DNA of 63,986 nt, the filler included, from Dimargaris cristalligena (taxonomy: Eukaryota), in assembly GCA_003614675.1 (NCBI GenBank). It is 3 parts of 3 records of this genome, joined end to end, with 100 filler letters (N's around TTAATTAATTAA, not from the genome) between each part and the next. Parts side by side here need not be neighbours in the genome. Positions count along the whole stretch, not along the records: positions 1 to 22,739 come from ML002626.1; 2 more parts are not named here. The stretch is one strand, 5' to 3'. Positions within the stretch are counted from its first letter, which is position 1. Each line of letters starts with the position of its first letter. The notes beneath the pieces were generated by a model. The model worked only from the letters and a program-made list of their open reading frames with translations, did not search any database and was not told where the DNA came from. Shown one piece after another: positions 1-11,693 of the stretch. The position numbers were made by a program, and so were the translations under genes.

Positions 1-57
1 GTGCAAAAAATAGATAAAAATAAAAGTAGGTAAAAAATGTGGTAAGTTCACCACACC

Positions 58-216
58 CATAATTGCAATTGTCATCTGCACATTCACATAGGTAAAAAAC
101 CCTATGGCTATAATCAGTGCAGTAAAGAATTCACATGTAAAGATGCACTAAATTCACATCAATTGAGAGCCAAAGGCTGTGGGTCAGGTGCAAATTGCCC
201 CCCTTCAGACAATTAA
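58..216 (+). pseudogene. Relic of a C2H2/C2HC zinc-finger gene (3' end)
   Basis: The frame from 58 reads HNCNCHLHIHIGKKPYGYNQCSKEFTCKDALNSHQLRAKGCG...*. This is a mutated version of the consensus RH.RIHTGEKPY.C..CGK.FTRKDAL..H....GC. The first Cys of finger 2 is now Tyr. Confidence 0.75.
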
Positions 217-335
217 CCACGCCTGCCAATATCCCTAGGCTAAACTGGCTGAAATGAGCCCAACTACTTCCCAATATATGTATTTTATGAAATATAACCA
301 CCCCTCCTTTATGGTGGGTCTACTATCTATTTTTT

Positions 336-483
336 ATATATGGGAGAGGTTCAACCGAGCTGTATAATAAAAAATCCATTGGATGAAGCAAATATTACTG
401 GTTAAAAATAAATCTCCCATACATTATCCCATACAGTTATCATTTAAAACCTTATACAGCTGGGCCAAATTTCACCCATATAT
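336..483. mobile_element. MITE, copy 1 (148 bp, imperfect 32-bp TIRs, TA-rich ends)
   Basis: The left end atatatgggagaggttcaaccgagctgtataa (336-367) matches the reverse complement of the right end, atatatgggtgaaatttggcccagctgtataa (452-483). Homologous copies occur at 10371 and 47111. Confidence 0.8.
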
Positions 484-484
484 T

Positions 485-1078
485 TATCACCTGGGTTAAC
501 AACTCTTAGTCTATCAAGAGTCCCGAGGATAGGCTTCTAACAGTAGGTGGGGCTTAGGCTTGGCTAAGTAGGCTGCTAGCATTAGGTATAGGTACAGGAG
601 TAACTAATAAAGTCTATAGTGGGTATATAGATGGGATGTGTAGTAAGTATACTTACTAGTCATTATGGGAGGGGTAAGTGTATATAGGGTTTATTAGGGG
701 TAAAGCAGGGGGTAAGAATAGGCTAAGGAATCTAACTGGTCCTAATGGGGCCCAGTTATATATACACGGGGATAACTCCAGAGGGAGGTCCCAGGGGAAG
801 GATACTACTAAGACTAATGTATAGGTAGATAGGCCAATTGGATAGCTATTAGTATCTGGAAAATGCCAATGGTAACCAGAAGAGTCTTTGGATCAGTACT
901 TAAGTGATTAGTATAAAGAGGCAGAGTCTTGAAGGGGACAGGTTATATAATATAGGATGTTCCTATAGTACTAGGGGTGACTATGGGAAGGTTAATATGA
1001 TGCTATAAGGCCTAGTTGGGATAGATGATTGCTATATTTTTTTTAAGCCAGATTAAAAGGGCCGATAGAGATATTCAT
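485..1078 (-). mobile_element. Degenerate LTR (solo-LTR-like), copy A
   Basis: The reverse complement aligns by eye with 21899-22491 and 45700-46091. It is CpG-depleted. The far boundary is uncertain. Confidence 0.7.
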
Positions 1079-1600
1079 AGTATCTAAATAGGATAAAGTT
1101 GAATAGTGAAGGTGGAAACCTTCAATACTACCTATCTTCCTTCATCAGATGGAAACACCCTTTCTTACTCAACGTGATGTGGGAACACTATTATTGTGAG
1201 AATATTTAGGATATAAATTAATGAGTTAGATAGAGGTGTTCGGAATGGGAAGTGTCATCAGTAGCGTCTGTCATACTAGCAAGAGGGCTGTTCAAGGTGG
1301 CAAGCCTTTGTTTGCTGAGTGCCGGGGTGTGTGCCGCCATTAACTAACCAGGCTTTTCCCATGTAAAGAAAAAGACGTGCCTGCCCACGGCAGTACACCT
1401 ATCAGCACTCTATAGAATTGTCGATTTAATACTTCAAAAGTACACTTTAGCTGTCATTTATATATTAGATCCATTAATAGAAGGGTAAAATACTATACCA
1501 GATAAAAGTACAGTTGAATGGTAGATCAGGTTCACTAGGAGGCGGGGATAAGAAAGTCTGAATAAGTAAGACAAATCAAACCTACCCGAGTGTTCCGTGG

Positions 1601-2980
1601 TTAATGGCCCAAATCCCGAATTTGGATAAAGGGATAAGTGTCCTTAAATAAGGGCAACAAATCAATTGAAGTTAGCTCAACCTGCAGTTCCTGGAGATTT
1701 GGAAACCGACCCACCAGAAGTTGCAGGTGCTCCCAGTCGAGACCAATGTTCACCATGAATACAAAGGCAACCGTATCACTATAGAGATTCCGAAAAATAT
1801 ACTGGTCCGTCGCTACGGGATTACTGTTAATATAGAGACAGTGCAACTGAGGGAAGGCGGATAGGGATATCTTGGGCACCGATTGAACGGTATAACACCT
1901 ACTGAATGTGACTTCTTGGATATTACGGAAATTGTTGGCTATTAACTGGTAGACTTTGTTGCCCAGGGAGCACTGTCTCAGTCTTAGATCGGTGATCTGT
2001 GGCCACGGTTGGTCTAAGAGAGACAGAAGACTATGCCATTCAGCTGGACTCTCCGGATACAGACCAACGATGGCGGTGAAACAAAGGGACAGGTGTCGCA
2101 AGTAAGGGTAGTCCGTCGCCAATATATCACCTAAATCATCTATAATGAGTTGGCTTCTACCACACCCCAAAGTGAGCGACACTAAATGGTGGAAGGTGGG
2201 GGACAATGAAGTGCCCAAAAGGGAAGTGAAATTCCAGGGTGTCCCCAATAGCGCCAAGTGCGATACATAAGCGAAATCACGGACCAAGAACTGAGGTAGC
2301 TCATTGTTCGCATGGGCAATATTGAGCTCCAAGCGTTTTAGACCCGTCAAGGGGGCTATAATGAGTTGGATAAGATCCGTTTCGATAGGCATTGAGGTCA
2401 AAGCCCGCAACCGGAACCCCCGAATCAATCTCAGTCGATGGCCTATCTTGCCTGGCCAGTCCCCACGGGCAAGGTGTTCTCGGAATGTTTGATTGGACCA
2501 GGACTGGGATTTTTTAAAGTGCAGTGATAGTGCTCGGGGTGGACAGGGTAATCGCGCAATATAGTCGACCACCGCCGGCCAGTGTTGAGGGGACCGTATA
2601 GACACATTCAGTTGGCCTATCGTGGATTGTTTAGTGACATATTGTTCAGCCTGGAAAACTGTATAGGTGGTGAAGGGGGGTGCCATGTAATACGAATCCA
2701 GGAAAAGTCGCCGGACAAATGGATAGTAGTGGCTGATAAAGCGGCGGGGCTGCTTTCTCGTAGGTCGCATAAGGCGGATCCCGATATCCAGTGAATAGAA
2801 CACTACCACTTGGTCACGAAGCCGGTGGCAAACAGCCGCTAAGTTGAGTTGGTCTCGGTTGTAAAGATGTCGGACAACTCTTTGTCCCAAATGGGGGTTG
2901 CTGGAGTGGAATAAGCCAAGCAGAAGGGCAAGACCGGGCAGGGTAGGGTGAGGTGAAGTAGAGACTAGGGTGGGTTCCAT
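1601..2980 (-). CDS. F-box-like / leucine-rich repeat (RNI-like) hypothetical protein, about 459 aa
   Basis: Intronless ORF from ATG 2980. It has an N-terminal F-box-like motif (VVRHLYNRDQLNLAAVCHRLR) and repeated LxxLxL units (LKRLEL, LVSLTL, LRHLSL, ITDLRL, FPNLQELQV). Confidence 0.65.
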   Translation of the reverse strand: MEPTLVSTSPHPTLPGLALLLGLFHSSNPHLGQRVVRHLYNRDQLNLAAVCHRLRDQVVVFYSLDIGIRLMRPTRKQPRRFISHYYPFVRRLFLDSYYMAPPFTTYTVFQAEQYVTKQSTIGQLNVSIRSPQHWPAVVDYIARLPCPPRALSLHFKKSQSWSNQTFREHLARGDWPGKIGHRLRLIRGFRLRALTSMPIETDLIQLIIAPLTGLKRLELNIAHANNELPQFLVRDFAYVSHLALLGTPWNFTSLLGTSLSPTFHHLVSLTLGCGRSQLIIDDLGDILATDYPYLRHLSLCFTAIVGLYPESPAEWHSLLSLLDQPWPQITDLRLRQCSLGNKVYQLIANNFRNIQEVTFSRCYTVQSVPKISLSAFPQLHCLYINSNPVATDQYIFRNLYSDTVAFVFMVNIGLDWEHLQLLVGRFPNLQELQVELTSIDLLPLFKDTYPFIQIRDLGH

Positions 2981-4136
2981 AATGGTGTTAATAGCGAGTA
3001 TAAGCAAGCATCGGTTGTAATGGGTTTATTGATAACTGTAGCAGGAAGGAAATTAGGTAGGAATAATGAGGGTATGGAATTACACCGCCGGATAGGAGTA
3101 ACAGTCACCTTAGGGCCTGCGTTAGGGCAAGTCAGTTGTTTCTTTTATATCGGAGCATTTGAGGGCCTCACTTAGGCACAACTCAGAGTAGTAAACGTAT
3201 GACCGGCAACCTTTGGTACCCCTGTAGAGGCGTCTCCGGGTGTATTGTCTAAGGGACGAGTCTCCCCCATTTAGTGCTGTGGCCGGAACCCCAGTTGTAT
3301 GGGCATCCTGGCCATGACTGGGTCTGTCCGGTACTGCGGCATTAACAAAGACAAGCTTAATGGTGAGCCAAGGAGGTGTGGTCCTAGGGCAGGTGTAATG
3401 ATTGGGAGAAGGGTAATAGTTAGGAAACACTGAGGAATCGGGGGCAGGCTTAAATAAATCCCTCTATTCCATTTTATCAGCCTTGGAAATGGGTGGAGCA
3501 GATAGTAGCTCTGGTGACGACAGCCTTTGCCAAACCAAAAAGCCACCAACAAGGTGCAGGTGGTTACTACATCGTATTGGCATTCCAGAGAGCCACCTGA
3601 AACGTTCCTCATGGTGGATTAATAATTCAACAGGTCCTGTTGACTCATGCTCTTGGTATTGTGAAGGGGAGGGCTTTTCTGTGAATTGGCTTGAGTTGAA
3701 TAATAATGACCTATATGGCTGTTGACCAAGCTGTAGAATCCGATTACATACCCCGCCTGTCCCGCAAAGCGTACACATTTATTACCGCACTCCTGAATGT
3801 GATTGGCTACCCCAAATGAAATAAATTAGGGGGGAGTGGGGTGTGGTCTCCTATATGGTGGCACTGTTGCGAGGCCGCACTTTTAATCAAGCGATTATTG
3901 TAGTGCTTTGAAGTGCTTGTAGGATTCCTCCCGTAACATTCACCTACACTCATTCTGTAAATCGGTGTACGTGACTTGTTGGGCATTTCGCCGTTTAATG
4001 AATATACAACATGATTACGAATGGCTGAGTCAAAGTGTGATATTACTAGTGCGCTTTGGATTAACAGGCCGCCAAAGTTGTGTGGGCAAAACCCCGCAAT
4101 ACGGTTACTATAGGCCTCACTATGGTATGCTTAGAA

Positions 4137-4144
4137 GTCACGTG
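4137..4144. promoter_or_regulatory. GTCACGTG (Cbf1/USF-type E-box) upstream of RRP36
   Basis: Exact motif about 350 nt upstream of ATG 4491. The same motif lies upstream of three other genes in the window. Confidence 0.45.
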
Positions 4145-4490
4145 GTAATGACTATCACGCCCTATTAATATTTGCCTAGGTGTAATTAGGAGGTAATTTG
4201 ATAATTGAACTGCTTTTCATCGTGTGTAAAAGATATACTATTTTCAAAATGCTTACTCTAGCCCACTTTCCTTTTTATTTTACCCAGCGCTTTTCTTTCT
4301 AAATTCACTTTGGTATATCCTTGACTTTTATTGCTGCTACATACCACCAAGTACAGCCGACTGTTCGAGAAATCTACAGGATTAGCTGTCAACCCACCGT
4401 CCCCATTGCTCAGTCTCACCGACTTTTTCATTCCGACATTGTCCGAACATTCACCAGTCACCCCCACAAGCTCCGTGACCATTTGCAACC

Positions 4491-6226
4491 ATGGGCAAAG
4501 TCAAAAGTACGTTCCCCACATTTTACTTGTCGGTAATTGGATGGGCCACCTGCCCATCCAACGCGTTTCAATTTATTCGTTTTCCATGGGTAACTCCCCT
4601 CGCATTCCAATGGGCATCCTTCGAGCCACATGATCCAAGTCGGTCCTAATTAACTTACCCGGCGCTGTCATGTTTTTTTATATCTTTTTTTTTATGTAGG
4701 TAGTACCAGGCGTTTAGCCCCCGCTAAACAAAATGACCCCCTAGTTCCCTTGGAAGAGCTAATCGCCGATTTTCCTGAGTCGGTCAAAGATAAGACACCC
4801 GTCCCCGAACGTCGGTCACGTCCCGATCGCATCGTTTCGAAGGATACCGATAAATGGTGGGCCAAGGGCCTGGCCCCGCCTAGTCTGCCCAAGACCTCGG
4901 AGGGTCGTAAGCATAATAAGTAAGTTCAACCCCCCACCACTCCTCCCTCTCCCCTTCAACTTCATTTCCTCCGTAACACTGGGCGTCTAAATGAATTAAA
5001 GGGAGGCCCCGCAACGTTCAAAATCTCCGAATGCCGCCGGACCCACTCACAACTAAACCTTTTATTTTATTATTATTATTATTATGTTGGGGTGTGTCTA
5101 CTATGTAGACCGGCTGTCATGTCATCTAAAGTACCCGTCAGTCGTTTCCGTAACGTGGTTGGACCAGAACAAAAGGTAATTGGGACCCATATATTGCATA
5201 CCGCCCCGAATACCCACTTACTCAATTATTGATATTCCGCAATCCCCGCCAGTTATAGGACCTAATGTGATATACAAAATTATATTATTATTATATCCTT
5301 GTATTCGCGGTGATCATGTCCTTGGTGCAGAAAACCCGTGACCCGCGGTTCGACACCTTATCCGGAAAGCTCAACGAAGAATTATTTAGGAAGTCCTACA
5401 AATTCGTTAAAAAGATCGAGAGTCGGGAAGTGACGCAATTACAAGCGAGGGTGACCAAAACCCGCAATCCCGAGCTCAAGGAAGAGCTGGAGGAACAACT
5501 CAAGAAGAGAGTAAGTTGGGATACATCTTACTGTCCTTTGCCCATACTAATGTACACGTTGTGTAGGGGAAACCCATTTGATGGAGGAAGGGGGGTGAAA
5601 GATCCAATCACTACCTGTAAATATTAATGCCACCTGGGGGGATCCATCGTTGTTCATCGATATGTTCCTTGTATAAAATATACGCCAACAGTTATCGAAG
5701 GTAAGGCAAGACCAGCATCTCGATAAGGTCAGGGAACTCCAGAAAACAGTCAAGCGCCGCGAACGGGAAATGGTCAAACAGGGCAAACAGCCCTATTTCC
5801 TCAAAGACAGTAAGAGCCATTTATGTAACAGCAGCATCGCCTTAGTGTATCTCACCGGCTACCAGAATCGGGTTTAGATAATAATACCAGTATTGCCAGT
5901 AGTAGTGAATGATCTTCAGAAATGAGTCTTGCGAGAAACACCTTCACTTTTACGACTAGTTCCTCCACTTGAGGACTAGGGGCTTAGTACCACATTCCAC
6001 CAGTGGGCCTGTTTCTAAGCCTTATCACACACACATATATATATATATATCTCTGCTTCTTCCCTGTCCGAATTCAACAGAGACTTTCAAGAAAATCCAG
6101 TTGGCCGACCGGTTCCGCAATATCAAAAACCCCGAAGTGTTGGAGAAGCTTATCGAAAAGCGCCGCAAGAGCAATGCCCGGACGGATGAGCGTTCCATGC
6201 CCTTCCGACGCGACGTTGGCGAATAG
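4491..6226 (+). CDS. RRP36: rRNA biogenesis protein RRP36 (DUF947), 6 exons
   Basis: Approximate exons 4491-4506, 4700-4919, 5110-5176, 5331-5510, 5692-5809 and 6081-6226, with GT-AG joins that keep frame. Motifs: KPAVMSSKVPVSRFR, RDPRFD.LSG.LN...F.KSY.F, EREMVKQGKQPYFLK, KLIEKRRK. Confidence 0.9.
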
Positions 6227-6715
6227 CCCTATGGTATATGCTCATATTATTAACGGAATGACTATGATGGTAATTGGTCGTCCCTTGGTTTATTCACCAT
6301 TAATATTTACAACCCCGGTTCGGATCATTCATCCGGAACTGCTTCCAAGGTATACTGAGTATAGTGCTATTAAAGCCTAGGGGTCACCTCGATTTGAAAC
6401 CAATGATGGCTAGATAAACCATGATTTATACGTGGGTATGTATGTATAAATATCTATAGAGATATATTTAAGATTGAATTATCAGGACAGCAAACTGAAC
6501 AATTCGAGGTACGAGGCCCACCTACTAACATGTGGTATAGTAGTGCGTTGGACTCAAGGATCCCAAATCAATGGTGTAGAAAAAAAACGGGAACCTTATA
6601 AAAAGCGAGCCCTCCCACTTCCAAATATATATATATATATAAAGGCGAATGAATGAAAAGCATAGTAGCGGTTTGGGATGGGGAGTGATAGGGCAGGCTA
6701 TACGGCTATGCACAT

Positions 6716-9694
6716 TTACGCGGCCAGTTTAGTGATCAGTCGAGCACAAATGTAGAAAAAGGGGAAAATCGAATGAATGACCGGGCCGGTTTGGATAGAT
6801 TCCTGGAGTATCTGGGTAGGTACCGACGAGCCAAACAGATTACCGGATCGGGAGAGGTGTTCGTCGGAGGGATCCGAGCTGCCACCAATGCCAGGGGAGG
6901 GGGATAGCAAACCCGAAGGGTCCAGCTGGTGGGGCATACTAAATGGATTGGCGGGGGGCTGCTGCTGTACAGAGGATTGCAACAACAGGGGATTGGAAGG
7001 GGGGCCCTCCACCCGGGCCTGGGAGGAATGCGTGGGGGGAACGTACTTGAAGTCCACCAGAAAATTTTGGGAGTCGATTTTGTATAATTGCATATCGAAC
7101 TTGATCACGAGACCGGCCTGGTAGCCCGCCCCGCCCGTTTTGCTGTAGTCGAAGATATCACCCGCCGACCCATTTAGGGGTTGAATAGGGTCCACATCCA
7201 TAGCCGTATGGCTGGGGGAGGCCGCTGAGTTAGCCGTCGAAGTCGCTGGTCGCTTGGGGTAGACGTAGCGACACCGCACATGCCAGGCGTCGAACGGTTT
7301 CCACTGGATGCCCAAACTTTTGAGGGTTTTGAATATTTCGTCCATAATTTCCCGGGGGGGATTGCGTGACCGAATCCCAAAGTGCCACCGGGGTGGCCGC
7401 CGGGCGCCCTTAGAACCGGAGGCAGAGGCTTCGGATTTGGGATACGCCCGATTCGAAGGAACAAGCGGGACAGGGATACTCACAGGGGTCTTTCCAATCT
7501 GTGTAGGAGAGGTCGTCGAGCCCCGTCCCGATTGAACGTTACCGGTGGCTTGTACGTACGCCTGGTACGATGCCGGCAGTAGGGGCTTGGTATTGCCAAT
7601 GAGGGGTGTGGCTGCAAAATCCGCCATATTGAACGGATGGATAGGCGTAGTCAAATGGGTGGCCGGGTCAACCGTTGGCGGGGCCTCTTCGGTCGGTGAG
7701 AAGGAAAAGGGCTCGTTAGAGGCTGCTACCGTGGGTTCCGCTGGTGCGGGTCCGGCCCCGCGCAGTGGAATGGCAATCGGGGGTGGTTTAATTGGGCTAG
7801 ACATATTAGAAGTTGGACCGCCGTCGTTATTAGCCGAGGAAGTAGGCGAGGCCAGGCCAGCCGCGGCGGTATTTACCCCTAGGGATCGTGGAAGAGCCCC
7901 GGCCTGCTTTACCTTGTCCATAGGGCTGGCTGACTGGCCTGTGCCCTCGACTGACCGCATAGTTCTCATCCGTTGACTTAGAATATGCTGCTGAGGCAAA
8001 CTGCTGCTTAAAACCGAAATGGACGATTGTGGGGCCACCCCGTCATCACTATCCCCGGTACCATGCGGATCTACCTCGCCGTTTTCGTCAATATCCATGA
8101 TAGTCGCAATAGATGGAGCATGGAAAGCGTCAAGGGACCCGTCGGCTCCCCGACTCACCGATGTAGTCTGGCTCCGGCCCCGACTGCCCGGCCGGGACCC
8201 GGGGCCTATAGGGGAATGGTGCAGCGAGTTGTCCGGGAGTCCTGAGGGATCGTGGGCTAGCGAGTCGGCCCGCGATCTCCGCCGGGTCGCTCCCACGACG
8301 TTGGCATTCCAGGCGGGCGGTGAGGAGCCGAATGTATAATCCTGGAGCTGCTGACTGTTGGTGGAGTGCCGCAGGTCTTGGATTATGCGGTTCTGGTCAG
8401 CCACAAGTTGGTAGGCGACTTTGATATGATTGGTGGCGGGATTGGACATGGGGTCGCGTAGGGCGGCGATAATAGTCGAGTGGGATTCGGGGAGTTTCTT
8501 GGTCAGCTGGGACACGATCTCGGGGTTAATTTGGGAAGTGGTATCGATGTTTTCTTGGGCCACAGGCTGTAGGTAATCGGGCAAATTGCGTAGGAACCAG
8601 GGATGCTGACGAATCTCAGTGATGGTGGCCCGCTCCAGGGGCTTGACCACCAGCATTCGGGTGAGCAGTTCCTTCACCTCGGCCGATAGGTAACTGGGCA
8701 TGGAAAAGACGCCGCTGGAAATCTTCTTAAACAACTGGGGAATGGATTCGTCATCAAAGGGGAGCTTGCCGCAGAGCATCACATAGAGAATAACACCACA
8801 ACTCCACACGTCTACCTCCGGGCCCGAATAGAAGTGCCCGTTAATGACTTCGGGGGCGGCGTAGTTGGGGGACCCGCAGCTGGTCTTGAGGAACTCGCCG
8901 TCGCTCATGAAATTCGACAGTCCGAAATCGGCGATTTTAACGTTATCGTACTTGTCCAAGAGTAGATTCTCGGGCTTAAGGTCACGGTGCACGATTTTGT
9001 GCCGGTGGCAATAGTCGACGGCGCTAATGATTTGCTGGAAAAACCGCCTCGCCTCGGACTCGCTCATGCGGCCGCGTTCGACGATGTAGTTGAAGAGCTC
9101 ACCACCGGCGTACTCGATGACCATGATGCAGTCGGTGGGGGTCATGATGACTTCGTACAGCTTGATGATGTGGGGATGGCGGAGTAGCTGGAGGTACTGA
9201 ATTTCGCGCTTTACTCGGCCTACCATATCGGCCTTGTCGATTTGCGACCGGCTAATCATTTTGAGAGCAACATTATGGCCAGTTTGGGAATGAACCCCCA
9301 CTAAACGAAGGGATTGGCAGTGGAGTAATAAGGGAATGTGGGCAGTTTCGGAGACGTTATTAGATATCAAAGTTTTGAATAATGAACCGGTTGCCCCCCT
9401 CGGAAGTGTGTCAACAATTACAAGGTATTATAGTGCATTGAGCAGCAGCCTTTCGGCTAGGCACGAGCTTGAACTGAACCGCCGCCGTATACTTAAGCAC
9501 CTGTAGCGGACACTCGTGTGAATACGCACTACAAATAAACCAACCAATAATTGGCGTGATTGAATATTCCCCAAGTGACGAGGGGGTGGGGTATGGTAGG
9601 TGTAGGTTAGGCTGTCCTTACATTTCACTTTGCCGAATGAGCCGGTGCCGAGGGTTTTAATAATAGTATAGTTGCCGATGCGTGGTTTAGACAT
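6716..9694 (-). CDS. SNF1: AMP-activated Ser/Thr kinase catalytic subunit Snf1, 2 exons
   Basis: Exon 1 is 9694-9622 (MSKPRIGNYTIIKTLGTGSFGKVK) and exon 2 is 9300-6716. Motifs: HRDLKPEN, DFGLSN, FLKTSCGSPNYAAPE, the UBA-like region VAYQLVAD, and the C-terminal RWHFGIRSR domain. Confidence 0.96.
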
Positions 9695-10370
9695 GGTGGG
9701 TTTGCATTCTAGGGTGGCAAGGAAGTGGGCCTGGAGCGAGGCTACGCTAAGGATATATGCGACAGAATAATCTACCAACAGAGCAATTCTGCTGGTCACG
9801 ACCAAATCAAAACAGCACGAGGAACCGTGGGCTAGTCGGGCTAGGCCGCTTTAAGACGGGGTTAGGGTAGAGAGGGATAGCTGGGAGGCAATGGGCTGGA
9901 TGGCGATGAGCTGGATATTTCGGGAATGCAACAGAAAGATGGTCAGTGAAAGGGAATGGTATGGTATGGTATGGAGCAAGTTAGAGTGAAGGGCCTGAAA
10001 GGTGGAGAATGAAGAAAGGAAGAGCCAATGGCGGAGTTGAGGCTGAACCGATAAAGATGGCCGAAGAAAGAGAGACAGAGTGGGTAGAGAGTGCCCCACC
10101 AAAAAGGTCACCCGTTGGTTTGAAACGGCCACTGTGGTGGTTGTTTTTCCTCGCCTTGGTAATTGGTGAAAAATATTAAGGCAAGGTTCCCCTCTCCTTT
10201 CTATGAGCAGCTGACCTTCCGGGTGCCAACCCCCCGCGACCAGCACTGTGACCTTCGGCCATTGAAGCGACCGGTATACCTTCCGCCTCGCTGCCCACCC
10301 CGGGTGGGCTATTTCCCTCTGCACCTTGCCTTACACTATGATTTTAATTGCTCATTCGCCTCATACATTC

Positions 10371-10516
10371 TATATGGGAGAGGTTCAACCAGGCTGTATA
10401 ACGAAAAATCCGTTGGATAAGGCGAATGCAACTGGTTAAATATGAATATCCCGCCTATCTTTCCGTACATGTATTCTTCAAAACCCTAAACTGCTGCACT
10501 GAATTTCACCCATATG
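10371..10516. mobile_element. MITE, copy 2 (least mutated), upstream of SNF1
   Basis: tatatgggagaggttcaacc...gaatttcacccatatg is colinear with 336-483. It retains CpG sites that the other copies have lost. Confidence 0.8.
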
Positions 10517-10916
10517 TATACCTCGCCCCTCGTCTCTCGAACCCACCCTGGATAAAGTCGCTGGCTCGTCATATTGTATATGAATTGGCTCTTACGAGAA
10601 CCGTTCCCCTAGCGCAAAGATTAGGAAATACCAACGATACCATAGTTCAGTCTACCAGGCAGGGAGTGTGGGCCCCCTCGCCGTGCTATTACCCACGCCC
10701 ACCTGGGTGATCTCACTGTATATGGACACTCGCCAAAAACAGTTGCTCATGCTCATTTATTTCACTTTTATCTGCCTATTATAGAGTCTAATCGTATGAC
10801 CAAAGATATGGTGGACCATGTAATGAACAAAACACGCCCACCCACGATGAAGCATCCGTCGACCATTATTAAAGGCCCAGATAGCGATGCCAAAAGCTCC
10901 CTTCAAACACAACGAC

Positions 10917-11693
10917 CTAGGCCACTTTAGCATCCCGTAACAGAATTGATATCCGGCGACCCCGCGGGACTCGGTGACCTTGAAACATGTTATGCTCACC
11001 GTCGGCATAGGGCACTTCGTGGGTAAACCGGTAGCGCAGATCACCGCGCTGGATATACAGACATTTGGGGGGGAGGTAAGCATTGACGTAACACTCGGGC
11101 TGCTCCTGATGGCAGAAGCGCATGACGGTAGGGGATAGGAGGCATATCCCCATGACAAAGCCCCCCGAAAAATCCACATTATCCACGTGGGCCAGGATGG
11201 CTCCCGAGGCGTGCAGGTCCAGAATATGGGCCGGTAACCACGGGGTTTCCGCCGGCAACAGGTCCCAGGCGCGCTGCAGGATGGGGGCCACCACTTGGTT
11301 GTCCGGTCCGTTGGGGGACGCGGGGTCGACTTGGGCGAGACCCGCGGGTGTCCAATCACTAATGGAACACTCGCGGTACTTGTTGATAACGGCGTCAAAA
11401 TGGCCCTCGTAGTAGGCCCCGGGGGCATACCGGCTCAGCTTCCGGTGGGCGAGGCGGGCCAGCTGATTATGTTCGTCATTGCTAAGGAAATCGGGCAACA
11501 CCACCAGATCGTCAGGCGAGTAGTGGGCGCTCTGGAACGACGGGGAGGGCTCGAAGTACCGCTTGAGAATCTCGGGCGTGTTGGTTAGCTGTAAAGGAGC
11601 TCGGGTCGATTGGGCACAGCTCATCCAGCGTCCCGGGGTTAGGCGTGGGGAATGGAGAACCCGCTGGCTCAGTCGGAAAGGCCGGACCAGCAT
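10917..11693 (-). CDS. ALKBH7: AlkB-family 2OG-Fe(II) dioxygenase, ALKBH7-like, probably mitochondrial
   Basis: Motifs YYEGHFDAVINKYRE, HILDL...G.I.AHVD (HxD), RYRFTHEV and RGRRISILLR. The Arg-rich N-terminus resembles a presequence. Confidence 0.88.
   Translation of the reverse strand: MLVRPFRLSQRVLHSPRLTPGRWMSCAQSTRAPLQLTNTPEILKRYFEPSPSFQSAHYSPDDLVVLPDFLSNDEHNQLARLAHRKLSRYAPGAYYEGHFDAVINKYRECSISDWTPAGLAQVDPASPNGPDNQVVAPILQRAWDLLPAETPWLPAHILDLHASGAILAHVDNVDFSGGFVMGICLLSPTVMRFCHQEQPECYVNAYLPPKCLYIQRGDLRYRFTHEVPYADGEHNMFQGHRVPRGRRISILLRDAKVA

Noticed and set aside
10757-11428. 223-aa ORF overlapping ALKBH7
   Set aside because: Alternative frame of a real gene, with no recognisable domain.
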